This document shows positions 50,580 through 62,770 of a DNA stretch of 64,000 bases, one piece after another (the stretch's first letter is position 1; each line of letters begins with the position of its first letter). This stretch comes from Octopus sinensis. Lineage: Eukaryota. The position numbers were made by a program, and so were the translations under genes. The notes under the pieces are model-generated. The model had not been told where the DNA came from. It did not search any database and worked only from the letters and a program-made list of their open reading frames with translations. Where the stretch lies: the NCBI RefSeq assembly GCF_006345805.1, contig NC_043017.1, positions 11,532,001-11,596,000 of the forward strand, in the 5' to 3' direction.

Positions 50580-53500
50580 CTGGAAACAACAAAAAAAAAA
50601 AAAGAAAAAAAAAGTTGAAATGTAAAAAAAAACAACAAAAAACCACCCAACAGCAACAACAAAAGAAATAAAATATTAAAATGACAAAGATTCACATGCT
50701 TGCATAGCTGATTAGTTTCTTTCCAAACCACCTGGTTTCAGGCTCAATCCCACAGTATGGCATTTGCACAAGTGAGTCCTCTATAGCCTCAGGCTCAATC
50801 AAACACTTTATGAATGGGTTTGGTAGACAGAAACAGAAAAAAAATGTCTATTGCAATCCTTCTCTCTCTCTTTCGGAGAGGCACTGAGCAGCTATACGCA
50901 CACATACACACATGGCAGTAACTTCCACCTACCGAATTCAATCGCAAAGCTCCGGTCGGCTCGGGGCTATAGTGGAAGACACCTACCCAAAGTGCCACGC
51001 AGTGGGACTGAACCCGAAATGTAATATAATATATATATATATATATATATAAAAATGGCAGTGCCCCAGCATGGCCACAGCTCGTGAGCTGAAACTAGAT
51101 GCAAAAAAAAAAATATATATATATATACTCTTTTTTAAAATATATAAAAATCTTTACATCCCTTCTGTGGGTGGATATAAAAATTTTATCAAAGTTTTGA
51201 CACTTTAGAGACATCAGGTCATTTTCATCTGTTCATAAGATCTGATGTCTCTAAAGTGGAGAAATAAGAATTTTTTTGATTTAGTGGTGGTGGTAATTCT
51301 TCACTATTTTTTAAAAATTTTGTTTCCGAGTAATATTGTAAAACATTAAGCATATTTTGAATAACAAAAATTAAATATCACAAGGGGTATCAGGATTTTA
51401 GAAATGATTCAGTGGGGCATGGCCAAAAATCGTTTGGCAACCACTGGTCTAAGCATTTAAGAATTACCTTTCAATTTGTTGGTTCTGACCAATATATTTT
51501 TTTATTCTTTGATTAGTATTCAATAATATCAATGTATATAACATTTTCTATCTCATCAGTTTCCTTTTTATCACAATGGTCACTTAATTGGGGACCATAG
51601 ATAATTAATTAAGGATGGTCTTAGTCCCAAGGCGGCAAGCTGGCAGAATCGTTAGCACGTTGGGCGAAATGTGTAGCCGTATTTCGTCTGCCGTTACGTT
51701 CTGAGTTCAAATTCTGCCAAGGTCGACTAAATAAGTACCAGTTATGCACCGGAGTCGATATAATTGACTTAATCCGTTTGTCCCCTCTGTGTTTAGCCCC
51801 TTGAGGGTAGTAAAGAAATAGGTTTTAGTTCCATTCAAAATGACCCTCAGCTGCTGCCTTTCATCAACATTACTTGGCACCAACCATTGCAAATTTCAAT
51901 AAACCCAGAACTATATGAGAAGAGCCAACCAAGGTCTCTAGTTTGATATTTAAGGAAAAACATTGCAAACCTGTTTGTAACTGTGAAGCTATTCTTTATA
52001 ATTCATTCGAAGAGCACAATTTGAAGGTCTAGAAATCTTGAATAATATATTTGCATTGAGAATTCAAAATGACTTTCATTTTCCAAGAGATTCTTAGGCT
52101 AAATCTACCAGAAAAACTGTTGTCTTTAAAATTGTTTCAAGAACAATACATACAGAGATAAAGGTTATTTACAATGTCAACCCATCTGATATTAATAACA
52201 TCTCTTTGATAGAAACACTTATTTCTCTTGCATTTAAATCTTTCTTAATTTCTTTGGCTTTTCTGTCAGGAATTTTGTCTTTTTCTTCTCAACATTAGGG
52301 TCACCAGTGTTGGCAGTCAATTTTTTAATTAACCGTTTTTTATGTACTACTAATGAATGCGTTCATTGCTTTAGCTGTTTTACTTCTCCAACCGTGACAT
52401 ATGGCCCAGGAAGTGTCATTTTATCCTCAATGCCATATCATTTCAAGAGTTGCCATTATTGGAATCTCTTTAGATTATGAAGTTCTTGGATTTAGTCTGT
52501 CTACCTTTATTATTTTACTGATAACTCTTCTGTGAAGAGGATCCTAACCATTCAATCACTAGGGTTTTGGGGTTTGACGTCTGCCAATCAACATCCTACC
52601 CCCCCCCCACACTTTGGTATCAGTGAGAATCAGCAGAAGTGTTTAGACTTCCCCTCAAATCAGGGATTTAAGCACCAACTTCTTCAGATTGACTCTGAAA
52701 ACCCTCTTTATCAGTAAAATATCTCTATTAACATAATGGTGACAAAAAGCTGGAACAGAGAGGTAGAGGGATAGAAGAATTAAGGAGGGGCGAGAAAAAA
52801 TGACAGGGACACAGTGAAGTGAAAGAGGAGGGAAGGTGAGCATGAAGAGAAGGTCAGGAAATGTGAGAGAGAGGGAATGAAAGAACAAAGAGTGTGAAGG
52901 GGCTGATAGAAAGAATAGAAAGATGTATATACATATATGTATATACATGTGTATATATATATATGTGCGTGTATACATAAGTATACACATGCATATATAC
53001 ATATATATAGATACGTGTATGTATGTGTGTGTGTCCCAATCCCTGTTTGTCGACCAGCATTGGTGTGTTTGCATCCTCATAACGTAGTGGTTTGGGAAAA
53101 GAGACTGATGGCATAAGAGCCAGGCTTAAAAAAGAAATGCAGGTGTCAATTCATTCAATAAAAATTCATGTTGCCACAGCATGGCCAGTCTAATGACAGA
53201 TAAAGATAAAATATATAATGCTTCATAATTTCAAGAAGGGATTGAAACCCCCATACTAAATACTAGATTATACCTCACCAAGGTCAATGCCCACAAAACC
53301 ACTGAAGCAACTCCTACTTCAAGCCTAAAAATGAAGTAATTAAATCTACTTTTATTATTGATCGGACGCTATTATAGATTTAAGTATCTCATTTAGTCCT
53401 GGGGTCTATTAGTTTAACTAAACCCTACAAAGCAGTGCCCCAGCATGGCCACAGTCTCAGGCTAAGAGAAAAGATATGTAGCTCTTCTCAAACAAGATTC

Positions 53501-56500
53501 CCTGATCCATAGCGTTGTGGGTCCATGTAGTGAGTGTCAAATGCACTTAATCTTTGCTATCTGAGGTTTTATACCCCCACCCCAGTAGCCCCTACCACCT
53601 GCTAACTCTATAGCATTACACTCCCTCTTGTTACCTCCCTCTGCTCCAATCTGTATTGCCCTGTCCACCAGCACGACCCCTATTTTGTATGTTCTGTAAT
53701 TGTTGACTGAAATATGAGAGGCCAGAACGAGACTTACCCTTGAAGGGGTTTTCATGGATTTCCGTAAATTTTCAAAGGCTTCAGCATGCTGAGGGTCAAT
53801 ATATTCCTGGAGAAAAATAGCAGCAATAATAACAACAACAATAACAATGTGAATATAAATAATGACATAAGCTTTTGTTTGGATATACTTGAGGAGACCT
53901 AGTGAGTCAAGTACATCAAAATAAAAATCAAATGGAAATTGTAGTTGTGATACCTGTGCCAGTAGCATGTAAAAAGCACCATCCGAATGTGGCCGATGCC
54001 AGCGTTGCCTTGATTGGCTTCCATACCGATGGCATGTAAAAAGCACCAACCGATCGTGGCATGTGAAAAGCACCCACTACACTCACAGAGTGGTTGGCAT
54101 TAGGAAGGGCATCAGCTGTAGAAACACTGCCAGATCAGACTGGAGCCTGGTGCAGCCACCTGGCTTCCCAGACAATGGTCGAATTTTCCAACCCATGCTA
54201 GCATGGAAAACGGACGTTAAACGATGATGATGATATGAAATGTGAATACAAAAGATGACATGACAGTGTAGCGAGAGTGATCAAGTGGGAGCTCTGTGGA
54301 AATTAGGGTCTAGAAAGATCAAAGATGTGGAATGACCAAATCCGAAAAGGAGAAAGAAGATTGCAAAATCCTGTGGAATGCAATGATTCAGTGTGACCAT
54401 CAGATAATTGCCAATAGCATGTCTTGGAGACAACAAGATCAAAAAGAAGGAAGAAGAAAAAGTGAACAACTATGATGGATTGAAGTGGGAAATACACAGG
54501 TTGTTGTGGGCAACAAAGAGAGTGGATGTAATACCAATAGTGATTGGTGCTCTTGGAAGTTGATCGGCCAATTATTAGTGTTTGTTCTGAGATGAAAATT
54601 TCTCCCAGCAGCCAGTGAGGGAGCCAAATGCATTTTCAGGCTATTTGGAAGCATTCTAGTGTTGCACACTCACAACCAACCACATCTGGTGTTCTTACTG
54701 GCTGTTGCTTCTTCCATGAATTTTCATCTGATATTTGTTGTGTTTTTAGCAATTCAATGAGACATGTTATCTCAGGATAAATACACCAGTAAGTTGGCCT
54801 ATAAAAAGTGTGAATACCTTACATATGATACATAGATGGCTATTATAATTTAATTTAAATTAACCAATTCCTTATATATTGTTTCTAAAACTTACAAACA
54901 GTCCTAATTATTTTCAGTTTTATTAAATGTAAAGAAATTTTAATACATTTTATAAATATATAAAAAAATTATGCATATATTTTTTGCTGACAAATATAAA
55001 GAATACTGTTTTAATTGTACGCACCAGAAATTAAATCATATTTAATTAAAAACTGAAAATTTAAAAGAAAGAAAAATGGTTAAATGTTAAGGGTTGCTAT
55101 TTACCTCTTTGGACTGTGTTGCCAGGGCCCCACCATGACTAGACTGAGCAGCAACTGAGCTCAAGGTGGAGGCTCTGTGGAAACGTGTACTCTGAGTACG
55201 ACCTTTTTTCTTTGAGTTACTGCATAAATAACAGCTCCAATAATCTTCACCATCAATTACGTGTAACGAACCAATTCCACGCAGGCAGCTCGTGTGGTAA
55301 CTATGGCCACATCTTGAACGACAGAAAACAGAACACAATAAAACACATAATACAAAAATGCAAATAAATAAATATACGAATTTGCATTGCTACCATATAT
55401 GATCAGATGACATGTGTGCCAGCAAAGCAGGGTTGGGAGTTCAATTCTCTGCCATGTGTGTGTTCTTTTGATTGATTGGCAGTGCTTCAGCATGGTTGTA
55501 ACAAAGAGTATAGAAACAAAATATCTGAAAAGTATATTGAAACTCAGTTTCATGTTCCTGTTCATTGGGCAGATTTGTTTAGAATATTAGAAAATTCTAA
55601 ACAAAACTATCTCACGAATGGGAATGTGAAACTCTGAGCAACAGTTTTTGTGATATTTTTGCTGCTTTTTAATAAAGTATATTACTCTACCTCTGGTATT
55701 TGAGTACTCTTTTTTCCATCTTGTTTCACATTTATACTCCGGTATATATATATATACATTTACATATATATTTATCATTCATTTTATACTTTTGAGATCT
55801 ATTTATAAGTTACATATTTAAAAAAAAAATTTATTTATATTATATGTATATATTGGTTATTTATGTATTGGTTTATGTCTATCACTGTTTGAGTTGCATA
55901 ATAGTGGTTTTGACCCTTCTGTCCGGCGCTAGTTGCCATGATTGATCATTAGCCATTACACACACTTTTTTCTCTCCTTGTTTTTTCTGTGTCCCTTTCT
56001 GTAGAAGAGCGTAGGCTCGAAACGTAAAAGACTTTTTCTATTCCTGAGCGTTATACTAATACATCTGTTTGTTTTGTACACCACCTGTCTTCGTCTTTTG
56101 TTTTTTTTTTCGTAAACTCTCCCTATATATATATATATATATGCATACATACAAACGTATACATACCTATACATATAGGGAGAGAGAGATGTATATATAT
56201 CTACAAGCCCTACATGATGTAATATGAACAGAAGGATTGATACAAAACAGCCATAATTGATACTGAAAGACATGCATGGCCCATCTTTCTATTTGCATGA
56301 CTCACCTGAATATAAGTAGGAGGTCGGCATCGGCAGCATGGGACAGTGTCTTGTTGCACAGGCTGCAGTGTTCGGTGCAGGGCATGAAGCCCTTCACAGC
56401 CTCGGACCTCAGACGCCTCAAGTGTAGGTGGAGATCATGATGCAGCAGGTTCTTGCAGGTTTTCATCAATGTCTGTCAGAAAAGAAGGAGGGGACACAAT

Positions 56501-59500
56501 GTATATATATAAAGGGCAGTTATTGCTTTTTTTTTTTTTTTTAGAAACACACACACATCACCTGATGCATGAAGGGCGCTAGTTCAGACTAGCATGTGTC
56601 CTCTCTCTCTCTCTTCATCAAGGAGGAAGAGAAGAGGAAGAAACAAGAAAAGGGGGAAAAAAGAAAAGAGGAAGAAGAAAGAAGATAAAAGAAGGGGAAA
56701 AAGAAAGAAGTGGAGGAGGAAGGAAAAAAGATGAACTAACCTCTTCATAATTGTATGTTTCTAACATTCCCAAGATTAATTCTTTCACTTCACCAAACTT
56801 GCCAGTGTTGTATGCTGGGTCCTTAAAGAATCAGAAATAACATCAAACACTTTGAGTCATTTTTATAAGAAGGACTACACAAGTTAAGAAGGACAACAAA
56901 AAGGAAAGAAACAAAACCAAAAACGTCTTCACTGACCGAGAAAGGGGAGTCTCTACACAGGTACTTAACCTGCTAGAAATAATAGTAATGTCTTCAAGTT
57001 ACCATTTACTCGGGCTTTTTTAAGAGAAGGACTCAGTAGATGCAGTCTAGGATACACTAACTTTTATCTGTGACTGGTTTCAGTCATCTGACTGCGGCCA
57101 TGCTGGAGCACTGCCTTGAAGAATTTTTAGTCGACTGAATCAACCCCACCATTTTTTTAAAGCCTGATACTTATTCTATCAGTCTCTTTAGCTGAACTGT
57201 TAAGTTATGGGGATGCCATGCAGTGGAACTGAACCTGGAACTATGTGATTGAAAATCAAGCTTCTTCCCACACAATTCTGTTGGTGCCTATGCCTAGAAT
57301 ATTAAAGACGAAACAAAAAAAGAATTGGGATTGCCCTGTTTGGGAAGCTTCTGATCATAGGCCTGCCTCAGCAGAATTCACCTGGCTAAATAAATAGTAC
57401 ACACACACACACACACACATATAGACAAATATATATTTATACACGGAGTGGCTGTGTGGTAAGTAGCTTGCTAACCAACCACATGGTTCCGGGTTCAGTC
57501 CCACTGCATTGCACCTTGGGCAAGTGTCTTCTGCTATAGCCCCGGGCCGACCAATGCCTTGTGAGTGGATTTGGTAGACGGAAACCGAAAGAAGCCTGTT
57601 GTATATATATATATATGTATATGTGTGTGTGTGTATGTGTTTGTGTATCTGTGTTTGTCCCCCTAGCATTGCTTGACAACCGATGCTGGTGTGTTTACGT
57701 CCCCGTCACTTAGTGGTTCGGCAAAAGTGACCGATAGAATAAGTGCTGGGCTTACAAAGAATAAGTCCCGAGGTCGATTTGCTCGACTAAAGGCGGTGCT
57801 CCAGCATGACCGCAGTCAAATGACTGAAACAAGTAAAAGAGTATGTGTGCACGCACACACACACACACACACACACACAAAAGATTAGGATTCAAGTGAA
57901 CCAGGCACTGAAATAGTAAGGCAGTGGGTTGGATCAAAGTTAAAATGCAACCTAGACAGATGAATGCATAGATGGGTAGTGAGGTACAGGCAGAAATTAA
58001 TTATTTCAATCAGTTAGAAATTCGTTGGAAACAGCTGAAGTAAACCAACACATTATGCATCTGTTGCTATTTATTTATAGACTCATGCACTTGCACATAA
58101 CATGAGTATCTTTAATATTTAAAATTCTTAATTTGTTTCAGTTGTAGTACAGCAGGAGAGTACAGGGTGTAATATTAATTAATAAATGACAAAAGAACAG
58201 GAGCCATATATGTTTCTTTATTACCCATAAGGGGCTAAACATAGAGGGGTTAAACAAGGACAGACAAAGGGATTAAGTCGATTACACTGACCCCAGTGCG
58301 AAACTGGTACTTTATTTATTGACCCCGAAAGGATGAAAGGCAAAGTCGACCTCGGCGGAATTTGAACTCAGAACGTAACGGCAGACGAAATACAGCTTCG
58401 CATTTCGCCCGGTGTGCTAATGGTTCTGCCAGCTCGCCGCCTCAACAGGCGCCATATATGTTTCTTTACTACCCACAAGGGGCTAAATATAGAGGGGACA
58501 AACAAGGACAGGCAACGGGATTAAGTCGATTACATCGAGCCCAGTGCGTAACTGGTACTTAATTTATCGAACCCGAAAGGATGAAAGGCAAAGTATACCT
58601 CGGCGGAATTTGAACTCAGAATGTAACGGCAGACGAAATATGGCTACGCATTTTGCCCGGCGTGCTAATGGTTCTGCCAGCTCGCCGCCTCAACAGGAGC
58701 CATATAGTCGCCTCCATTAGCTGACAGCTGTTTCTGCTATAAGAAGCAGAGCACTCAGAGCTCAGCATTTGAGCAACATCCTATAGCTTCCTCAAAGCCA
58801 TTGTATACACACACAAATTCAAATATACAAGCACAAAGGGAAAATCAAATGAAAAGGAAACTAGCATGAAGCTTCACTTACCTGCATAATCTTCTGTAAA
58901 ATAGAAGGCAAAGCTATGTATCCCATCATACTGTTGAGAATATGGTGAGTCAACTCCTGAATGTCTGTTAAAGAAGAAACATAATAGTAGCCATTATTTT
59001 GGGATATCTACTGATCCTTTTGTTTTTGCCCACACAGCTAACAATTTGGTAAGCTTCTCAGCAGAGATTTCAAGGAATTTAAGCAATTCAACTCACCTGT
59101 AATTATTTCTCGGTCATCCAAGTCTTTAAGTTTTCTCTGAGGGGCCATCATAGATTCTAACAACGGGAACCACATGGCCTATTTCAATAAAAACCAGAAT
59201 TTCAGAAAATGTTGCCAACACAATATTCAAAATGTTTTTCCTATCAATATTTTCAGAAGTTTAACCCTTTTGAGACCAACCTGCTCATGACCACCCCTGC
59301 TTCCTGCTATGATAGAAACTTCCTTAAAGCGATCTAAATTAAAACTTTTGATCAACATTCCAAAAATTAGCTTAATAATGACAGTTATTTTGCTGCATAC
59401 CTTATTCGAAATCAATTGGAACAAAAGCTGAATATTCCAACAGAAAAATGGTAGCAAAAAATGTTAAAGAATTCTTTAAATTACAGAGCAAAGTCTTTCT

Positions 59501-62500
59501 TAACCTTTTTGACGGAAACCCATCAGAAACTGCCCCTCAGTTTTACGATTCAAATTCCTTGCTTTAAAACCTCCCATCAACATCATCATCTTCATGTTAA
59601 TTTATATTTCCCAAACTAGCTTAATAATGAATGATTTTATTAAATATCTCGTTAGTTTCCAAATTAATTGAAACAAAGTCAGTGTATTTCAACAGAAATA
59701 TGGCAGCAAAAGCATTTAAGCGATGGACTCACCTCTCGACTCCCTTCATCCATTTTCCCAGAGTTTCTTTGACAAAGTTGGATCACCACTAACAGACTGG
59801 CTTGAACTTCTTGGAGCTGAATAACTGCCTCTAGAATTGATGGAACAGAGAACACAAATCATCATCAGCAGCAGCATTGTCACAATCATTATCATCATAT
59901 TCATTATCCTCATCATCATTGTCATCATCAAAACCCCTACGTACTGTGTTTGTATGTATGGATACACATCCATACATACAAACACAGAACATAGTTGCAA
60001 AAAAACTCATACAAACACACACACAAGGAGACAGGTACACACACATGGACACACAAATGCATGAATATACAGAATACATATATACAAATGTTCACACATA
60101 CATACATACACGCACACACACTACATGCATATATACATGTGTATGCACACAAACAAAGAAAAAGGAACGCAGTGTGAATAATGGAAAGAGTCAAACTTAT
60201 GGAAAAAGTTGCAAGACGCAACGAAAATTTTAGAAAAATAAAGAAGGAAATTTTACTGGTGAGTCTGTTAAATTATAAGGCACTAAAAGAGAATGACTCT
60301 CCTCAGACACAACAGAATATGTATATATATATATATATATATGCAGATACACACACATACATATGTATGTATACATCATGCCAGTATGGAAGGCGGATGT
60401 TAAACGATGATGATGCCTGTCGATAGAACATACACACACACACACTGTAGATTTGGCATTGATTTATTATAAAAAAAGTTTTTAAACAAACCCGCTTTGG
60501 TTGGTTTCTTTGAAAGAATTGCATCCGTAAATGTGTGGACCTTTTTATTCAAAGTCTGTTATAAAAAAATGGGGGAGAAGAATTAGGGATGACACTGTAA
60601 AGCAAAGGGATTCATTTGCTTAGGAATATTGTGGTAACTTCACTTTGATCATGCTCTGAAATCCTCCACACTAAACAAGAAGAGGGTGGCCTTAAGTCCA
60701 ATGGGAAACAAGGAATTCTGCTATACACGAACACACAGATTGGGATTTAAATTCCAGTCTATGAAAAGTTTTCGTTCTACAATATTCTTAAAGGAACAAA
60801 AAATTATCCAGCAACTTGGGCTAATACAAACGAGCCTGGTGGGTGTAAAAAACTAACTGGTGTCTCTTGTCAGGAGAATAGTCGACAGTCAGATCACTGA
60901 TGTTTGTTGTGCACTCTGCTGTCGTTATTTGATTGCCGTTATTCTGTGCGTCTGTGTGTAAAGTACAGTTGTGTTTTGCAGGGTTGCTTTATTTTTATCC
61001 TTAACTTAGAAATGGAGAAAGACATAGTGCTAGATGGCTGGTTTAAATGCTAAACTTTAATTAATGGAAGGTTTTAATTTAGATCACTTTAACCCTTTCG
61101 TTACCATATTTCTGTTGAAATATGCTGCTTTTTCTTCAAGAAATTTTGTAACTAATAAAGAATTTAATAAAACAGTTTTGTCATTATTAAGCTGGTGTTT
61201 GATAAATTAACATGAAATTTTGATTGATGGTTTTAATTTGGGTCATTTTAAACTCTTTTGGTACCATTATTTCCGTTGAAAGACATTATCTTTGTTTTGA
61301 TAAATTGTGAAAATAGCAACGAATTTAATAAAATAACTTTGTCGTTATTAAGATGGTGTTTGCCGCATAAATGAAATTGGAAAGTTTTTTTCATATTAAA
61401 ATTAAGATTTTGTATAATAGAATCAAGAAGTCTTGAGTGGGTTGGTATCAATAGGGTTACTGCAAGAATGAAGAAAAAAAATTCTGCCCTTAAAAAATTG
61501 CCAATACTTACTGCTAACATTATGTTGAATGCTCCAAGGATATCTCCCATTTTCTCCAAGATGTGGGCAGAAGCACAGGGTATGTCATATTTGTTTATGA
61601 TCTGGTGAAGAGATAACAGCAACAATAACAACAGAAACAACAGCAGACGATGGAGTGCAGAATTGTAAGAACTTTACACTAAATACCTTGCAATGTTTAG
61701 TCATGACTCTTTATGTTCTGGGTTCAATTCCTCCGCAGGTCGACTTTACCTTTCATCTTTTTTGGATGGGGGTGGTGGTTAGAACAAAGTACCATTAAGT
61801 TCTTGGGCTGATTCTTGTAATGCATCCAAGATATGAATGGAATTATAACATGTGAACAAAGGATGCTGGACCAGCAATGACAAGGATTTCTGGCATCACA
61901 GACACCGGAGTTTGGTGTTTTTTTAAGGTGGGAGTAATTGATTGAAACCACACACAAGTACATTATTTTATGAAACCTCTGGAAGGGGTAAAAAACAAAA
62001 TTGAGGGCCAAGCTGATGTTAGTGTGATTTGAACACAGAACATAAAGAGTCAGAATATGTACTGCAGGGCATTTGGTCTAAGACACTGACCATTCTAGTT
62101 AGTTAGTTAGTTAATTTGGCTCAAAAGCAAATAGCAAGGCCATGTAGGGGGACATGGAGTTAAGTACAGGGTGGTGTTTATGTAAAGAGTTCAGGCCACT
62201 TGAGGTCAAGGGAGGCTTTGAACAAAGTGGTCGTCGGCATCTTCACCATCTCGTCTGGCAGCTTGTTCCACGGATCCGCAACCCGGACGGAGAAAGCTCC
62301 TCTCCTTCGATTGAGATGAAATCGTCGCAGGTAGAGCTTTTCGGAATGACCCCGCAGCCGACGCTCTGGAGCAGGAGTGAAGAACTAGGGGGTCAGTCGA
62401 TGATGATGAGTGCAGTGGTGGTGGGGATGATGATCATGAAGCTGATAGTGACAATGATAATTATGATGATGATGATACTGAAGTTTATGACAATGATGAT

Positions 62501-62770
62501 AATGATAATTATGGCTGAGATACAGCCAATGATTGACAATGGAGCATGTTAAAACAGAAAAAGAAACAAAAAGAGAAGACCAAAGCAGTTTGTGGACATT
62601 CGAACTGACCAACCTTGAGAGTTTCCTCCAGCCGGTATCCATCGACATTCTTGATGAAGTTGTACACATTACTGGTATGGAACTGGCACTGGAGGTCAAT
62701 GTAGAGTTCATAGATGATTGGTTCTATGGTGACTTGCTTGTCTGGGTTGACATGGTTTCCAACCGATTCC
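50451..62770 (-). CDS. VPS8: VPS8 (vacuolar protein sorting 8, CORVET subunit), 3' part: 11 coding exons to the stop codon; the 5' part lies beyond the window end
   Basis: Exons 62614-62770, 61512-61601, 60492-60555, 59733-59830, 59097-59178, 58882-58964, 56741-56821, 56306-56472, 55105-55312, 53738-53806 and 50451-50579 all have AG/GT boundaries with matching phases (1228 nt, no internal stop). Peptides resemble the vertebrate VPS8 C-terminus as I recall it: YRLEET, AMWFPLLESMMAPQ, IALPSILQKIMQDP, RING-H2 (CSLC...CGHSYHTSC...CYLC), IDPQ..AF, LAILTELS, NENFNLRLAPP. Confidence 0.95.
51628..51821 (+). mobile_element. SINE family B with internal deletions
   Basis: aaggcggcaagctggcagaatcg...agtaaagaaata. 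Confidence 0.8.
53738..53806 (-). CDS. VPS8: VPS8 exon (EYIDPQHAEAFENLRKSMKTPSR)
   Basis: Acceptor tttttctccag, donor GTAAGT, 69 nt, phase 0-0; resembles LDPQQIQAFDQL...SSR. Confidence 0.92.
53880..54235 (+). mobile_element. RTE 3' tail copy (VPS8 intron)
   Basis: Same tail motifs ending aaacgatgatgatgat. Confidence 0.75.
54300..54570 (+). mobile_element. Degenerate restriction-like endonuclease domain of an R4/Dong-like LINE (VPS8 intron)
   Basis: KILWNAMIQCDHQI... and KKEEEKVNNYDGLKWEIHRLLWATKRVDVIPIVIGALG. Confidence 0.7.
55105..55312 (-). CDS. VPS8: VPS8 exon with the rest of the RING-H2 (CGHSYHTSCLRG...WSCYLCSNSKK...SKE)
   Basis: Acceptor gtcgttcaag, donor GTAAAT, phase 2 to 0; C-x-H-x2-H-x2-C ... 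C-x2-C. Confidence 0.95.
55995..56030 (+). ncRNA. Minimal hammerhead-like motif with CUGUAGA core, in a Penelope-type element in a VPS8 intron (antisense to the gene)
   Basis: CUUU-CUGUAGA-A-GAGC(GUAG)GCUC-GAAA-CG-UA/AAAG. Confidence 0.55.
56306..56472 (-). CDS. VPS8: VPS8 exon with the first RING CxxC (TLMKTCKNLLHHDLH...EHCSLCNKTL...LLIF)
   Basis: Acceptor ttttctgacag, donor GTGAGT, phase 0 to 2. Confidence 0.95.
56741..56821 (-). CDS. VPS8: VPS8 exon (DPAYNTGKFGEVKELILGMLETYNYEE)
   Basis: Acceptor ttctttaag, donor GTTAGT, 81 nt, phase 0-0; resembles DPVYGKGKLGEIQGLILGMLDTFNYEQ. Confidence 0.95.
57445..57843 (+). mobile_element. SINE family A (VPS8 intron)
   Basis: Collinear with the other copies. 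Confidence 0.85.
58211..58691 (-). mobile_element. Two tandem SINE family B copies bounded by three copies of a 15-bp TSD
   Basis: aacagg(a/c)gccatata at 58196, 58444 and 58692 (period 248). Confidence 0.85.
58882..58964 (-). CDS. VPS8: VPS8 exon (IQELTHHILNSMMGYIALPSILQKIMQ)
   Basis: Acceptor tctttaacag, donor GTAAGT, phase 1 to 0. Confidence 0.95.
59097..59178 (-). CDS. VPS8: VPS8 exon (AMWFPLLESMMAPQRKLKDLDDREIIT)
   Basis: AG acceptor, donor GTGAGT, phase 0 to 1; WFPLLE.MMAPQ motif. Confidence 0.95.
59733..59830 (-). CDS. VPS8: VPS8 exon (AVIQLQEVQASLLVVIQLCQRNSGKMDEGSRE)
   Basis: Acceptor caattctag, donor GTGAGT, phase 1 to 0; LCQRNS motif. Confidence 0.93.
60492..60555 (-). CDS. VPS8: VPS8 small exon (TLNKKVHTFTDAILSKKPTKA)
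   Basis: Acceptor ttttttataacag, donor GTTTGT; 64 nt supplies the phase 0 to 1 shift required by the flanking exons; low sequence conservation. Confidence 0.8.
61512..61601 (-). CDS. VPS8: VPS8 exon (IINKYDIPCASAHILEKMGDILGAFNIMLA)
   Basis: Acceptor cttcaccag, donor GTAAGT, 90 nt, phase 0-0; resembles AYLLEKKGDIHGAF. Confidence 0.93.
62095..62372 (-). mobile_element. CR1-clade LINE 3' fragment in a VPS8 intron
   Basis: Minus frame 62372-62178 reads APERRLRGHSEKLYLRRFHLNRRRGAFSVRVADPWNKLPDEMVKMPTTTLFKASLD, the CR1 C-terminal pattern; (TAAC)n tail near 62095-62112. Confidence 0.8.
62614..62770 (-). CDS. VPS8: VPS8 exon (ESVGNHVNPDKQ...YELYIDLQCQFHTSNVYNFIKNVDGYRLEETLK)
   Basis: Acceptor ctgttccag, donor GTTGGT, phase 2 to 0; resembles VPS8 EQFIELLCQF...YRLEETIQ. 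Confidence 0.92.
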
